Below, piece after piece: positions 40,029 through 53,962 of a DNA stretch of 64,000 bases. Source of the stretch: Dipteris shenzhenensis (Eukaryota); the NCBI GenBank assembly GCA_047967505.1, contig CM106538.1; one strand, given 5' to 3'. Position numbers and translations under genes: made by a program. How positions within the stretch are numbered: the stretch's first letter is position 1; each line of letters starts with the position of its first letter. The notes under the pieces were generated by a model, which had not been told where the DNA came from, made no database searches, and saw nothing but the letters and a program-made list of their open reading frames with translations.

Positions 40029-42649
40029 CAATATAGCCAATGCCATGCTTGGTATTGAGTATGCCAAATACTCCAAGCAGGATGTATTGATTATACAGGT
40101 GGATGTAGCCAAGGCCTTCGATACTATCCAATGGGATTATATTTCACAAACTCTGAGCCACCTCAGGTTTGGCCCCAAAATTGTTCATGTTATTTATTGG
40201 CTCTATGCGGATGCAACAGCCCAATGTCTTTTGGGCAAACACCTTTCTTCTATTTGGCATTTGGGAAGATCGGTCCGCCAGGGTTGTCCTCTCAGTGCAC
40301 TTCTTTATGCGGTGGCTACGCATCCATTGCTTCTTCATTTGGATCACCTTTTGGAAGATGATTCCTTACATGGTTTGCACATTCCGGGCAGCAAGCCCTT
40401 TCTTGCCTAAGCCTACGCTGGTGATTCTTTCTTTATGCTCCAAAATACTCCTTCTGATGTTCAAATACTAATGGACACATTGGCTGATTTTGGCTTGGCA
40501 GTGGGGCTATTTATTAATTTCAGAAAGTCTAAATTGCTTCCCCTCACTGCTTCCGATTGGCATGCATTGTTTTGGCCAGGAGAGATTTTAGATTCACATG
40601 CTCTCATTCGCCACCTTGGTTATCCTATTGGCTGGTTTCTATCTCCCAAGCAGCATATGCAATGGTTATTCTCTCGTATGCAAAGGAAGCTACATTATTG
40701 GAAGTTGCCTACTTGGCCTCTACATGTCCGTCTGCGCATTGTCCAATCTATCTTGATGTCATATGTGCAGTTTTATTTGCCACTTCTTCCGTGGTCCAAG
40801 AAGGATACTTCCACATTCATGTCCTATGCCATGGAGATACTTTGGAAAACAAAGAACCATTGTAAAGCCCTGCGCTTACTCAAAATGCACTTGGTTTGTT
40901 CACCCAAGTCGCATGGGGGCCCGAGGGATTCACAGGGGGAAACTTATGATATCACGTGAGTGTACAATAGGGGGTTTTTTTGAAATGAGGCATAAGCTTA
41001 TACATTAGGGGTGGGGGCCCTTTTTTTTCCCCAATATTGAATTTAAGCTAGGGGGACCATGTCATATTTAAGAAGGGGGGACATAATATAGGTTACCTTG
41101 GGTAACTAGTCCAAACAAGTTTGATTTTGTGTATGGTTTTAAATAGTCATAGGGAAAGTAACCTAAATTTGCTTATTGTGTAATCTAAATGCTTGAGAAA
41201 GAATGTAGATTTAAGGAAAGGGGAGGACATAATGGAATTTTGGTGGTATCTTATAAGCTTAAATAGGGATGTTTTATCATCCTACGTGGACCTTAAATAG
41301 GGGGTTTTCTTGAAGTTCATGCACGCAGGTGACGTCCCCCTTTAATGAAGAGTGAATCCCTCGGGCATGGGGGGCTTAACATTTTGAATATTCATCTGCA
41401 TCTCTTAGCGCGAAAGGCTACCCTCCTCTCCACTTTCTTTATGCAGGATCAGCCTTGGGCTATTATGCTCGCTACCATGTGTACTACTATGCGATCACAT
41501 GTTTACGGACATTGGATTATAGATCATTGGGAAGCAGTTTTAGGCCACTTCTCTGGTAGCATTCCAGGTGCTCCATGTGCTACGGCGCTCATTCGCAATT
41601 GGAAAACTGTACTTTCCACTGCTTCTTGGACAGGTCAGCCTTCTCCACAGGGGAATTCCTTTCGCCTTGAAAGTCTACATTGGAGTGCAGTTTTTTCTCA
41701 TCCCTTAGCCTTGCGGTATCCCATCAAGGCTTATAATCTAATGAAGACAAGTATTCGTTTTGTGGGAGATGTGGTCGACCAGCAGGGTTATTTCCTTTCC
41801 TTTCCTGTCACTTGCCTCCGTTTACATCATTGCGCTCTCTAGCATGCTATTGGTCTCATGCTTGCCCCTTTTTTTTCGGCCCCTCCTTTGCAGCCTCTTC
41901 ATATTCTACAAGATTGGTGTCTCCTTCCGCGCTCCCTTTCTGGAGCTCCTATCTCTCTACAGGACCTTACTTCTCACAGGGTCTATCATGGGCTCTGTTC
42001 GGTGCCATGGATTCATGATCATGGTAATCGACTCTGGCATCTTTCAAAGCCTTTGATTTGGTGGCAACGAACTCTCGAATCTCTTTGGAAAAGTTCTTTG
42101 CCGCTCAAACAACACCTTTTCCTCTGGCATTGTTTGGTTGGAGCTCTACCGGTGGGCACTACTTTGGCTGGTTGCGGCATTGCTTCTTCTCGATGTTAGC
42201 GCTGTGCTTCTTCATTGGAGACCATCCCACATTTATTATGGTCGTGCTCCACCTCCAGGGATCTTATTCATCAGATTTCGCACTGTCTTCGGCTCTGATT
42301 TCCTTCGGTGGTTTTTTTCCGCTTCTATTGGATCTTTGGTTGCACCCCTCCCTGACTTCGCTCGTTTTCCTTGTTCCTCGCCTGGGTCCGCGTTTCTGGT
42401 CATTATGGAGCATTTGGTTGCAGAGGACTCATCTATCATTTGGCTCTGGTTCCTTTGATCCATTTTATTTCTTTCGAGGATCCCTTCGTCAATCACTCTA
42501 TGATTGTATTCAACAGGGAGATCTGGATACTTTGGTCTTGGATGTTTTTTTCCACTGCTTTTGACTTTCAAAGGTTGACTCCATCACGGAGTTCACCTTC
42601 TGTATTACATAGTCTTTGATAATTTAAGCTGTGGTTTTACAAAAAAAAA
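40027..42649 (+). mobile_element. 5'-truncated L1/Tx1-type LINE (RT + zf-RVT), disrupted, with a MITE insertion
   Basis: QVDVAKAFDTIQW, GRSVRQGCPLSALLY, AYAGDS (decayed YADD), INFRKSKL, HLGYPIG, KSHGGLNI (split by the MITE), FLWHCLVGALPV...RC*RC...HLLWSC; A-tail at 42641-42649. Confidence 0.9.
40920..41365. mobile_element. MITE, 446 bp, 14-bp perfect TIR, 8-bp TSD
   Basis: TIR CCCGAGGGATTCAC / GTGAATCCCTCGGG; TSD CATGGGGG (40912-40919, 41366-41373). Excision restores the LINE frame SPKSHGGLN. Confidence 0.95.
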
Positions 42650-42664
42650 GAAAGTGTGTGTGTG

Positions 42665-42703
<39 letters not shown>

Positions 42704-42739
42704 ACTGGGTTTAGTGTGTGTGAGTAAGAATAAGAAGTG

Positions 42740-45515
42740 TGTGTGTCCCCACCCTGACCCGGAGGGACACCATATGATGGGGGCAGGACACCCATCATAT
42801 GGTATCCTACCCCCCACCAAGAAGTGTTAGTAAGGACATAGTTTTGATACGACAACCCGGAAAGTGATTCTCATATATGAATTTAGTAATTAGCTTTTTG
42901 ATCTTACATTGAAGAAACCCATTATCGTAAAATAGTTTTATGAGTTTAGTCAAGTCTAGCTAGGTCATCTCATGATTGGATGCGCATATATGATAGGGAC
43001 AACCTCAGATAAACATACCTTGTAGCAGTTGTTCATGGGTCTATTGCTATTAAGATGAATGAAGGCAACATTGGGGACAGGTAGCTTGTCTCTTTTCCAT
43101 GCAATTGATGAAATATAGGTTCCAATCATAGGTTTCTGTAATACAAAGGTGGTAAGGTAGTATCCAGGGTAACGGATCCAATAAAATTTGAAGTAGGTTT
43201 CACGGATGCCGTAATGTTTTCCTCATTCCAACTTGTAGTCTCAAATTCATTTCCAGATATCCTATCAATAGCTAGTAGTTGGCATAATTTTTTGCACATG
43301 AATGTAGGTGTTTATGGTGATTTATCCAATCCTACTACAAACAAATGTGTAGTAAGATATTGAACTTCACCCATTATACGTTTATCTTTATACCATGGTT
43401 GGGAAGCATTCCAATTGAGACAATGTTTATCGATAATCTTAAGACATATTGTTCTAATCTTGTCTTTATGATGGGTGCTAGGTATTATATTCAAGCTCTT
43501 GCATACCTCACATCATGCCTTAAATAATTCTTCAATTGCTATTAAAGGATTAGGTGGCAATGGGGGAATATGATTCAAACCTTTAGACAAGAACTTTTTA
43601 ATCTTTGGATGATGACATATAGATATGTCTGTGATGAGCACATGTGACTCATCTATGAATCCATCTTTTAAAAAGGGCGCAAAGTGTTTGCTTTGTCGAC
43701 ATATGCATGAAGTGTTTTGAGAAGTGGTAAATGTGTCCATAGGATGATAAAACCAATTTGAGATATTTAGAGTATATGACCATGCAAATCCAATATTTTC
43801 AAACATGTATATCTTAGAACGATCAAAACTTTTAATAACTTCCAAAAAAACCAACCTGGGTGTAATAAACTCAAAAACTTTTGAAGAAAAACAAACATGG
43901 ATAAACCTCTTGGAGATCTTCCTCTCCACAAAAAGGGTTTTCATACCATTGATCTGGGTTGCTAATGATCGTTGGGGGCCATTATTCAAATGTGATTTGT
44001 TTGGCGATGTCTGAAGCATCGTTGTATCTCTTAGCTCCACACATAGGATGCTTGGAGGAGTAGGAAGATGAGGATCCATGTGGAGTAGAAAACCTAGATT
44101 TTTTTAAAGATCCCTTAGATGACTCAATGGCAAGGCTCAGTTTAAGGATTTGTTCAATAACAAGAGCAAGAGGAGTATGGTTGATTTTCAACAAAAGAGG
44201 GGAGTTGGAAGTAGCACGGGTCAAGTTACGAGCCCCTTCAAGTAGTTGTTCTTGGAAAAGGTAATATGCAATTAGACTTGTTCTACCTTCAAGGGGGAGA
44301 GAAGCGATCCAAGCAATAAAAGCATAAAACTTACCTTTTGGGGAATCAAGTCTAAAGAGATTTTGAAGGTTGTGGATCATGTACGAGAGGACTTGGTCAA
44401 GCCACATGATAGAGAAAGTACACCCAGATCCATCGCGAGTGGAACACCGACACTTGATGTATGGCCCTATGAATGTTCCAAAGAGTCTTGAGGTATTTTT
44501 TGCCTAACTTCTCTATAGGGACAACTTTGGTATGGAAGTAGACACCATGGCTTGAACATTTGGACTGGTCAAAGGTTTGGAGGGAAAACAAAGGGAGGTC
44601 ACAGCTAAGAGAAAATGCTTGCCTTGCCACACAGATACTTTGCATTGGTCAACTGCATCAAATGATACACTACATACAGTTATGAGTGAATCAAGAGTGA
44701 AGGGAGCATGGTGGTTAATAGTCTCAAAATTCCAGAGTTTGTGAAAAAGACCACTGGAATCTAACTCAAGCTATCTAGGGAGAAGAAGAGGAATGAAGGA
44801 GGCCAACTCTGCAAGAGGATTGTCAGAAGGAGCAAAATCTTGGGTAAGGCTTGTCAAGGCCTCTTTCTTAGTAGGATCAAATCCATCAACATCCACCAAG
44901 GGGTTCAGCAGAATGCAAGCAACTTGGGCAGGCAATGGAATCAAGGGTAAGTTATTTACCAGTAGGAGTTTGTTCACAATGGCCAGTAGAGCCTTGTGGT
45001 AAAACACTAAATCTTGCTCATCAGAAGAGTTGACATGAATGAGACACCGGAGAAAGGAATCAAAGGCCACATTAGCACTGTGGGGATCCTTTTGGAATAT
45101 TATGAGTAGCTGCAGCCAGACAGTCGTTAATGGAAGCAATGTTGAAGCTAAAGGTGTGTACTTTCCATTTTGCTTTTTCTTCGAACGTGATCAATTTCTA
45201 ATGAAATCCATTGTTTGGAAAGCAAGCCAATACCGTTTGGATGCCTTGGGTCGGAGGTGGGCAAATGTCATCCATAAATCCAATCTTTAATAGAAAATCA
45301 TTCCAGCATTCCTGTACATATAAATTAGCAATGTGAGAGAATATTCATCTAGTTTGGAGAGGTTAAACAGTTTTGAGTTATGCAAAAACCAGTGTTCTTG
45401 CCTAACTCGATAAGTGTTTATCAAGCAACGTGGCAGGTGACATGAAACATGTGGTAGTCCAACCAAGGATTACCAACATGATCCATGGTTAACCCCACCA
45501 AGGGTTTAACAAGGT
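42740..45515 (-). mobile_element. Penelope-like retroelement remnant (Naiad/Chlamys type), RT core deleted
   Basis: CxC linker SCICR...HVLITDISICHHPKIKKFLSKGLNHIP; VVGLDKSP*TPTFMCK (DK motif); LPPLY; then directly the RT thumb-like WKRDKLPVPNVAFIHLNSNRP..CYKVCLSEV...LIKLFYDNGF. Flanked on both sides by CA/GT/GA microsatellites. Confidence 0.7.
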
Positions 45516-45539
45516 TTGAGTGTGTGTATGTGTGTGTAT

Positions 45540-46002
45540 GTTTAAAAAAAGAAACCTATAAACAACATGGCACACAATGCTCAGATAAAGGTGGGAAAAA
45601 CTTTTTTCATATTGTAATATGGATGTATGAGTACAACTAGTAACAAAATGTCGAATCCATCCAGAAATCTAGGTTCTGAGGTCAAGGTCCACTTACTTGC
45701 CACCATCAAGAAAAAACCAATTGTTAGAACAACGGAGTTTTAAATGGGTAGATGGGTAATGCTTGCACACCCCGGCTTGTTATTGCTTTACCTAGGAAAA
45801 ATAGACCCATCAGGACTCGTATTTGCAAAGTGAAACTGCTAGGGGGACATTATGAAATGTTGAATATAGAAGTGTTGACCTACCATATAGGAGGCATTAT
45901 GAATGACAGTAATCTGGAAGCAAAATTACCTAGCCTTCCATATAGGAGGCATAGACCGGCATAGGAAAAGAATTTTTTTTAACAACAGACATTACTCTAA
46001 CA
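45540..46002 (-). repeat. Second copy of the microsatellite-associated repeat at 34464
   Basis: Colinear similarity to 34464-34932. Preceded by degenerate (GT)n; homology stops abruptly at 46002. Confidence 0.9.
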
Positions 46003-47949
46003 CTCGGGGGGGTCACTTAGTGTAATATTTCTATATTACGTGCGTTCAAGGGTTCTTTTCTAAATCCCTATGTAACCTATTTCTAGTAATTCCTAGTATC
46101 CCCTTTGTAAATTTTGGGAAATTTTATAAATCCCCTTCTGTAAGTATATTTATTTTCCTAGAGGAATTTTAAAAGTCCTTATGTGAGTCATACACTACTA
46201 CTTTTGGAGTCCCTTTAGGTAGGATGAGATATTTAGAATGCAAGATCTGTACATCACCTGCATTATTTGAATCTACACACAAAAAATTGAGGTACCGCCT
46301 GCAATAATGGGCAATGCATATAAGATGTGTTTGTGTCTTGATGATGCCATCAGGCAAGAGAAACAAAGAATAAAGACATGGATACCTTTTGTATTAGCAT
46401 ATGTTCTATGCTAGATAGTAGATGTTTTGTGCTAGGTAGCATTTCTTCTATGTTAGCATATTTTCTTTGTTGGATGTCATATGTTCCATGGTAGCATATG
46501 TTTTGTGCTAGGTAGCATATGCTCTATGCTAATTATCATATGCTAATTATCATGCATGATGTGCTAGTTATCGTGCACTGCTAACAAATAATTTTGGAGC
46601 TCCTTTAATTGTCTTTCAATTCCATTATTTTTTACAAATTTCATAAATATTGAAGACATATATTCACCTTCTCTATTTGTTTCTTACTTTGGGTATTGGT
46701 CATTGGATTGTCATTTTTTGCAGATCTTTCAATGTGTAACTCATCATCAAGAAAAATGTATGAGCGGAATGTGTTTTCATCAAGGTAGATGGAGAGCATG
46801 CCTGCAAGCAATCAAATGCACATGCAAGTAGGCAATGAAGACATATCCTCTACTACAAATTTTGCTAACATGAAGAATGTTGCTGATAGTTTACGACTTC
46901 GGCGTGGTGGTGAAGACATGGATGACTCATCACTTCATTGTTGCTACAACTGGGAATTGTAGATAAGTTGAAAGATGCAAAGGTGACAAAGGTGCAAGAT
47001 GGATATAGTGAAAGGAAGTTGAAGAATGCATTTGAGAGCCCATGAATTCAAGTGCTAGAAAAATATCAGAAATGGTTGACAACCTCATCACAAATCTTGC
47101 AAGTGTTGGTTATACCCCAAAAGAGATTGAAGATGCATAAGTTCAAGATGACTCTCCCTTGGCTCATCTACTAAAAACATTGTCGAGGAAGAAGGGACAT
47201 GACCATATAGTGAGATGAGAGACTCATGCAAAGAAATCCAAAGGCACATAAGGGGCATCAAAATCCTTGAATTTACCAAAATCCAAATCACCCCAAACCT
47301 CATGCATGCAAGAAATTATGAGGTCCATAGTTTCTTAGATGCTAGGAGGTGTCTTTTCTAAGATCCCCACCTCTAGGAGGTGTGTTTTGCAAGAGCAATG
47401 ATTAAACTCCATTTTGTCAATCACATGTATAATGAAGTATTTCCCTTTCCTATTTACACATGACTCAAAATCTTTCCTATTTATGCATGACTCAAAATCT
47501 TTTATTTTTGGCTTAAGTACTACAACTTTCTTTGTAGGGTGCTTTGCTCCTATTGGATTTATATTAGTTATCTGGCTACCTCCCTTTTAGCTCCCTTCAT
47601 ATGCATTGCCATTTGATTATTCAGCAAGGGGTGTACTGCACGTTGTGTGGGTGCCACAAATGTTTGGTTTGACATATTTGCAAGCATACATGCCTCAATT
47701 CTTTGAATCTGGCTATCTCTCATGTTGTCCCTCACTCTTGAAGACCAATTGAAATTCAGCAAGAGCTCAACTTCTCCTTGGTTACCACCTTAGTCAACAT
47801 GTCTACAAGATTTTGGCCAATGTGTATCTTTTCTAGCTTCAACTATCCATCCTCCAAAACAAATCGAATAAAATGATACCTGAGCTGCTTTCCATGTGTA
47901 CACATACCAACCATAGTGTTGCGTCAATAGTTAAAGGCATTGTTGTCTC

Positions 47950-50900
47950 CTGGGTAGCCAGAGAAAAAAAAGACACTATTGTCTCCTACAAAATCAGAGG
48001 AAAATAATATGCCACAAGAGAAAAGACTACTAGCAACAGTGGAAGACATAGAGGACATTATTCAAGTGCTACCTATCCTGGAAATTGAACAACAAGGACA
48101 ACTTGAATTTTTTTATTGTGGAGTGAGCATGCTTATACAAATTGAAGGACGGTACAGTAAAATAGTCAAACTCTTACAATCAAATGCACAATCTCAATCC
48201 AACAATACTACCAAGAATTGAAGATACAAGGTATAGTAACTTCAAATATCCATATGTATAACTCAAAGATATTACAACTCAAAGACATAGGGCTTCTAAA
48301 GGGCTTCTGTTAGGGCAAGGAGAATAGATAAGCTGAAGATGAAGCTAGAACGACTTGAACAAAGAGAAAGAATGAATGACATCAATGCTCAGCAACAACT
48401 TCTGAAAAAAGGAAGGGAAATCAGAATCTAGGAGTAAATCAAAATTCATAATGCCAAGATATATTTCAAGGAATGGTGGGTAGGAAAAGTTTATAGATCA
48501 ACTAAGGAAAATTTCATGAGGATCAGAAAAAAAGAGACACCAAGAGGAAATTCCTCTTTTATAGAACAAAGATGGTGAGGTGGCCATAACAGAAGAAGAA
48601 AATGTGGATATTATTGCCAGTCATTTCAAGAACTTGCTAAGTACAGTGGACACAAATGATGATAAGGTTCTGGAGGCTAGAGACAAATGCCAGACAGTTA
48701 GACAATGTAAAGTCTCCAACTTAGATAGGATGCAACTAGAAAATGAACTTTCTCTGCAGGAACTTAAAGAGGCAGCCTTCTCTATGGCTGATGGCAAAAC
48801 TTCGAGGGAGGATGGGCTTCTTGTAGAGTTTTACAAGCTTTTTTGGGACACATGGGACCTTTTCTATTGGCAGTTTGGAGGGAGAGTGTTGAATAGGGCT
48901 GTTTACCCAACCACTTAAATGGAGGTGTGATAAAACTCATTCCAAAAGATGGTGACAAAATAGTTTTAAAAAACTGGAGACCCCTCACCATGTTAAACTA
49001 TTCTTACAAGATCTATGCCAAAGCTATTGCATTGAGATTGAGATGTAAAATGGATAATTGGATTCTGCAGGAATAGAAAGGCTTTATAAAAAACAGGCAT
49101 CTTTTGGAGGCAATTATTAATCTATGGGAAGGTTTCACACATGTTGTGATGAGAGTAATCAAGAGGTTTGTATAGTAAAAATTGACTTTGGCAAAGCCTA
49201 TGACAGCCTTAATTATGATTTTCTTTTGCAATCTATTAATAGTTTGGGGATTGGAACCAAGTTCACGTCCTTTGTTGCCCTACTACTCTCCAATGCTTCA
49301 ACAAAAGTTTGTGTGAATGGAGAAATGTCTCAAAGCTTCATGCTTATGAGATCAATAAGACAAGGGTGCCCTTTGGCCCCTCTCTTGTTTGCTATGGCTC
49401 TGCTGATGCCTTGGGATGGCTAATAAAATATCAAGTGTCAATTGGTGAAATTAGAGGTATTGAGCTCCCTTCAATAGAGTATCTAGTGAATCAGCAATTT
49501 GCAGATGACACCACTCTCACCATTAGAAATATAGATGCAAACATCCAAAGGGCTATGGATTGTATGGACATCTTTTGTTTGGCAATATGGACATCTTTTG
49601 TTTGGCATCTAGTTCTAAAATAAACCACACAAAAACTGGCTATGCCTTGCTAATAGGTGACTCTCAAAACCTTCTGAAAACAAATGGGCTGCAAAAGAAT
49701 TCCACATGGTCAAATCTTCAAGCTATTGGGTATTCCTATGGGCTTCAAAGTAAAAATGAAAGACAGATGGGAGTGGTTTCTAGATAGATTCAAAAAAAAA
49801 TAGACAAGGCTCAGAGGTTTACAGGCAAATCTAGCAAGGAGGAGGGTTGTTCTAAACCATTGCATATACCCAATAGCTATTTTTTATCTTTCCTATTGGT
49901 GCCCTCCAAAAATAGTATTAGAAAAGTTTATAAGAGTCTGCAGATCCTTCTTGTGGGGGGGGTGAGTGATACAAGAACGAGAATATCAAAGGTCAAATGG
50001 TCCATTTGTACTAGACCCAAAAAAGAACGAGGGTTGGGAGTAATTAATATACACAGGCTTCAAAGTAAAAATGAAAGACAAATGGGAGTGGTTTCTAGAT
50101 AGATTCAAAAAAAATAGACATGCTCGGAGGTTTACAAGCAAATCTAGTAGGGAGGAGGGTTGTTCTAAACCATTGCATAAACCCAATAGATATGTTTTAT
50201 CTCTCCTATTGGTGCCCCTCCAAAAATAGGATTAGAAAAGTTTATAAGAGTCCGCAGATCCTTCTTGTGGGGGGGAGTGATACAAGAAGGAGAATATCAA
50301 AGGTCAAATGGTCCATTTGTACCAGACCCAGAAAAGAACGAGGGTTGGGAGTAATTAATATACAAACTGGTGACCACATGGATAATAAAAGCCATCACCT
50401 CTCCTAATAGTGAAGGGCCTAACCTCCTACTTAGAAAGCTTAAATTTGTTAGACCCTACAGGGCCCCTAGGTGGAAGGACTTTCCTTTACTCTGAACTAT
50501 TGGTAACCTAGAACCCTGCATGACTAAGGGGAGTTAGCTCGGAGTTAGCTTTGGAAAACCTTATGGGGGGCCTATGAACAGATCAAGAGTCACATTGTTC
50601 TCTCTAGAAAAAGGAGTTTCATGACTCTAGATTCAATCTGGATGTCTGTTTTCTTTACCAAACAACATTCAAAGGGCTATGGATTTCCTAAAAGCATGGC
50701 AACTCTCAAAGAAGGGGCTAACCAACTGGGGAGATTTGTGGGACAAAACCAACCTCAAATGGAAAGACATGGCTGGAGATAAGAAGGGAATACAGACTCA
50801 CTAATGTAGATCAAGAGATGGTTATGAGAAGATTGCAATTGTGGGAGGGAGACCTTACCTGGAAAGGGGGCAGGGTCTTAAACTTCACTAGAGAGTTCAG

Positions 50901-51846
50901 CTAGGTTGGCAGTTCATCTTTCTTACCTATACCTCCTCCTTCTGAGGGCATTGAAGGGGTTGTTTCCACACTTAGTGCCAGATGGAATCTTGCTGATGCT
51001 GAAAGAATTTGGGATATCAGGTTTTCATTGATCTAGGATAGAAGGTTACCAGAGAAAATGTCTACTCTTTTGTGGCTAATTTTGCATAAAGCTATCTGAA
51101 TTAATTGCAGAAGCCTCAGGATTGGTAAGGGAGATGGCACCTATAAATACTATTTTGGACTCAAAGAAGACATATTCCATCTGTTTATCTCATGCCGCAA
51201 GTCAAGAAAAGTCTAGAAGGTGGTTTAGTTAATGCTAGGGGAACCAATCAACTGGAAGTCACTTCTTTTCAGGGATGTACTCAAGCTGCCCTATACCACA
51301 TGGATGTACATCAGGGCACATGCTTTATGGTTTATTTGGATTGCCAGAAATGCTTATCAATTTAATGGTGAGGTCATGCATGCTGATCAGTTGTTTTTGA
51401 ATTGGTATGGAAGGTTTTTTTTTACTAAACTGATCACTACCTTCTATGATCTAGGCCAAATTCCTGTTGGATCAAGAATTCCATAACTTTAATAACAGAT
51501 TTCACAATTGCAGGCTGAACTGGAGGACCATATCAGAGATGCTGGGAGGTGCAAAAAATCCAGTGTTGATCTTCAATCACAGCTCTTACCCTCCCTTTTC
51601 TCTATCAAAGAAAAACCTACAGTCTGAAGGGACACCCTATTCTTCTGTCATAAGGCTACGTGGATGCTTCCTAGTCACTAAAAGCAGCTTTTTTTGGGCT
51701 TTTTCTTTGATCAGGAGATATCTTGGCTACAGATTGTATATTCCTCTCTTGAGAGGGTCTTTTTGTTTTTGAGGACCTTATGTGTACAAATCATATGATG
51801 ATCATTATATAAACAAACTTTTTTTTCTGCCCAAAAAAAAAAAAAG
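47950..51846 (+). mobile_element. Degenerate L1-type LINE (ORF2 RT + zf-RVT remnants) with an internal ~315-bp tandem duplication; 5' boundary approximate
   Basis: MADGKTSREDGLLVEFYKLFW, KLIPKDGDK..LKNWRPLTMLN, KIDFGKAYD, RSIRQGCPLAPLLF, QFADDT, PKKERGLGV. Duplication 49741-50055/50056-50364; poly(A) at 51833-51846. Confidence 0.9.
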
Positions 51847-52229
51847 AGATTACAAATTTGGCACTCAAAATTGTGATCAGATGGTTCAAGACAAAAATGT
51901 ATGTAACCTATCTTCACAAGAATGCCTTCATTTCCTCAATGGGTCACATTGCATATCCTCTTTTACATTGTGACTATGTAAATTTTTCAAAATCTCTCCC
52001 ATATTAGCTCTCTCCTTTGGATCAATCTTGCATTGGAAATTTTGAAAATCAAGCAAGAGTTTGATACAGTTCCTCCCTTCAATGAGTTGTCACCGAAATC
52101 TCCTGCAATGTCTCTGACACAACTGACAATTTGTTTAAATAGCCAACCCACAAAAAAGCAATCTGACTGTGGTGTCTATGCACCCTTGGGACTTGGAAGT
52201 GTATTTGGACTGGCACATAACTATGGCGT

Positions 52230-52900
52230 AAACCATGAAAATTCCTCTAGAGGAGCATGGACTGGGTCTTGCTAATACTTGTTTTTAGTCTAGTTTAGGA
52301 TTCTTCCCCAATCAATGATTCCTACTCACACCAACTCATCATCCCCTATGAAATCAAACATGTATTTGGTAGCCTGAAGATCTGTATGAGCATATCTTTG
52401 TTCATAGACTACTCCCAAAGAACTTGCAATATCAGTAGCAATAGACAAATCATGCTGACAAAACAACCATTCTCATAATTTGGTGAGTAGGGAGTTCCAT
52501 TCAAAGCGAGGTTCTTCTCTTGGATGTATAGACTTAACCCATCTTACATATGTTCCATAAAGATGTGGGAGACACATTTGCATATAGTGCACACTACCTC
52601 CTTGAAAAATGGAGTGACAGCCCAAAGATCTTAGATGTGCGAGTATCCTAAATTCTAATACATGACAGACAGCTTGATAGACCACTATCATCACTAGGTC
52701 ATTATTTAGTGCTACATGAGCACGTGCATCATCTCTATAACTCCTCTTGCCAACGTACCATGATGTTGGTCAAAGAGCTAGGACACGCACAACTTGTATC
52801 CAATAAACCTTCCCTTCCCCTCGTTTGCCCACCACCATTCATGCATTTTTAGTGCTTCCAGTGGAAAATGCATTGTTTAAGAGCACATGTCGGCATATGC
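52230..52900 (-). pseudogene. Decayed reading frame of unknown product
   Basis: About 200 codons stay in one frame through scattered stops (…GKVYWIQVVRVL…MQMCLPHLYGTYVRW…); no recognised motif. Confidence 0.3.
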
Positions 52901-53916
52901 TATAATACATAGTTGTATCTATGCCCTCCCTTCAACTTGGGATAGATTGGTGTTTGCATCTAACCCACTAGCCACCCTTGTTGAAATGGACCAAGGCACT
53001 AGCTGTCACTTTTCCTACAACCCCTTTCTCATCTATAGTTTTCCTTTGACTGGAAGCTTGTGACTCCTTCCATTCAGTGTGCAAGCTTCTCCTCTCCATT
53101 GACAGGCAAGGTGACATTCCTCACCTTAGTGAATCTTTCCCATTAATCTATCAGATATCCCAATGCTTGAGGAAAGAATTGCTCCACTATCAATTTCAAA
53201 TCAGACCTTAATATTTGGCCACGTCCTTGGTAGTGCATGTATTTGACGTTCAAGTACTTGGGCTTGCATTCGATCTCACAAATATTCTGAAGTTGCAGTG
53301 GCTCGAATATCTTCATCACTAAATCTTACCATATGTTCAATTGCTAATTGATAGATAAAAATTTGAACCTCAGCCTTCAACTTGGCTATCTCGATCTCTT
53401 GTGTTGCCATGACGAATGGATGTATAGTGATCTAAGGCACACAATAATCATTATGTAAGTGGTTAAACCACTTTAAAAGAAAGAAACACAAGAATTACAC
53501 ATCATTGTAAGCAGCTTAACATGTTATCTTATTTATGCTTATAAGAACATGTCAAGAGGTGATGTAACAAGCATAAAAATTAGCCCTTTAGTTGTTTTAC
53601 ATGTATTTGTATTTTTCCAACACAAGTGATTTGGATGATGATCAATGGCACATGAAATATAATGTAAGGCGAGGTGGTGGGTGGGTGGAATGAGTACTTT
53701 GACTACTACTTCTATCATTATTTTCGTGTGTAGAGACCTTGAAGCGTGTGTAGAGACCTTGAAGCGAGCAAAAACCAGAGAATGGCCGAAGCACAAGAGG
53801 AAAAATGTAGGCCAACTATCTGCAAGTTTGTTTATAGAAGAGGAGACAAATATGCAAATAGAAGCGAGACTCTTCAGGTGGTATCTTGTGTCACTCTATC
53901 TCAAACTTCATCAACG

Positions 53917-53962
<46 letters not shown>

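Noticed and set aside
39821-40112. Poly-VC / poly-HT ORFs (similar ones at 34389, 53681, 63091)
   Set aside because: Microsatellite translations.
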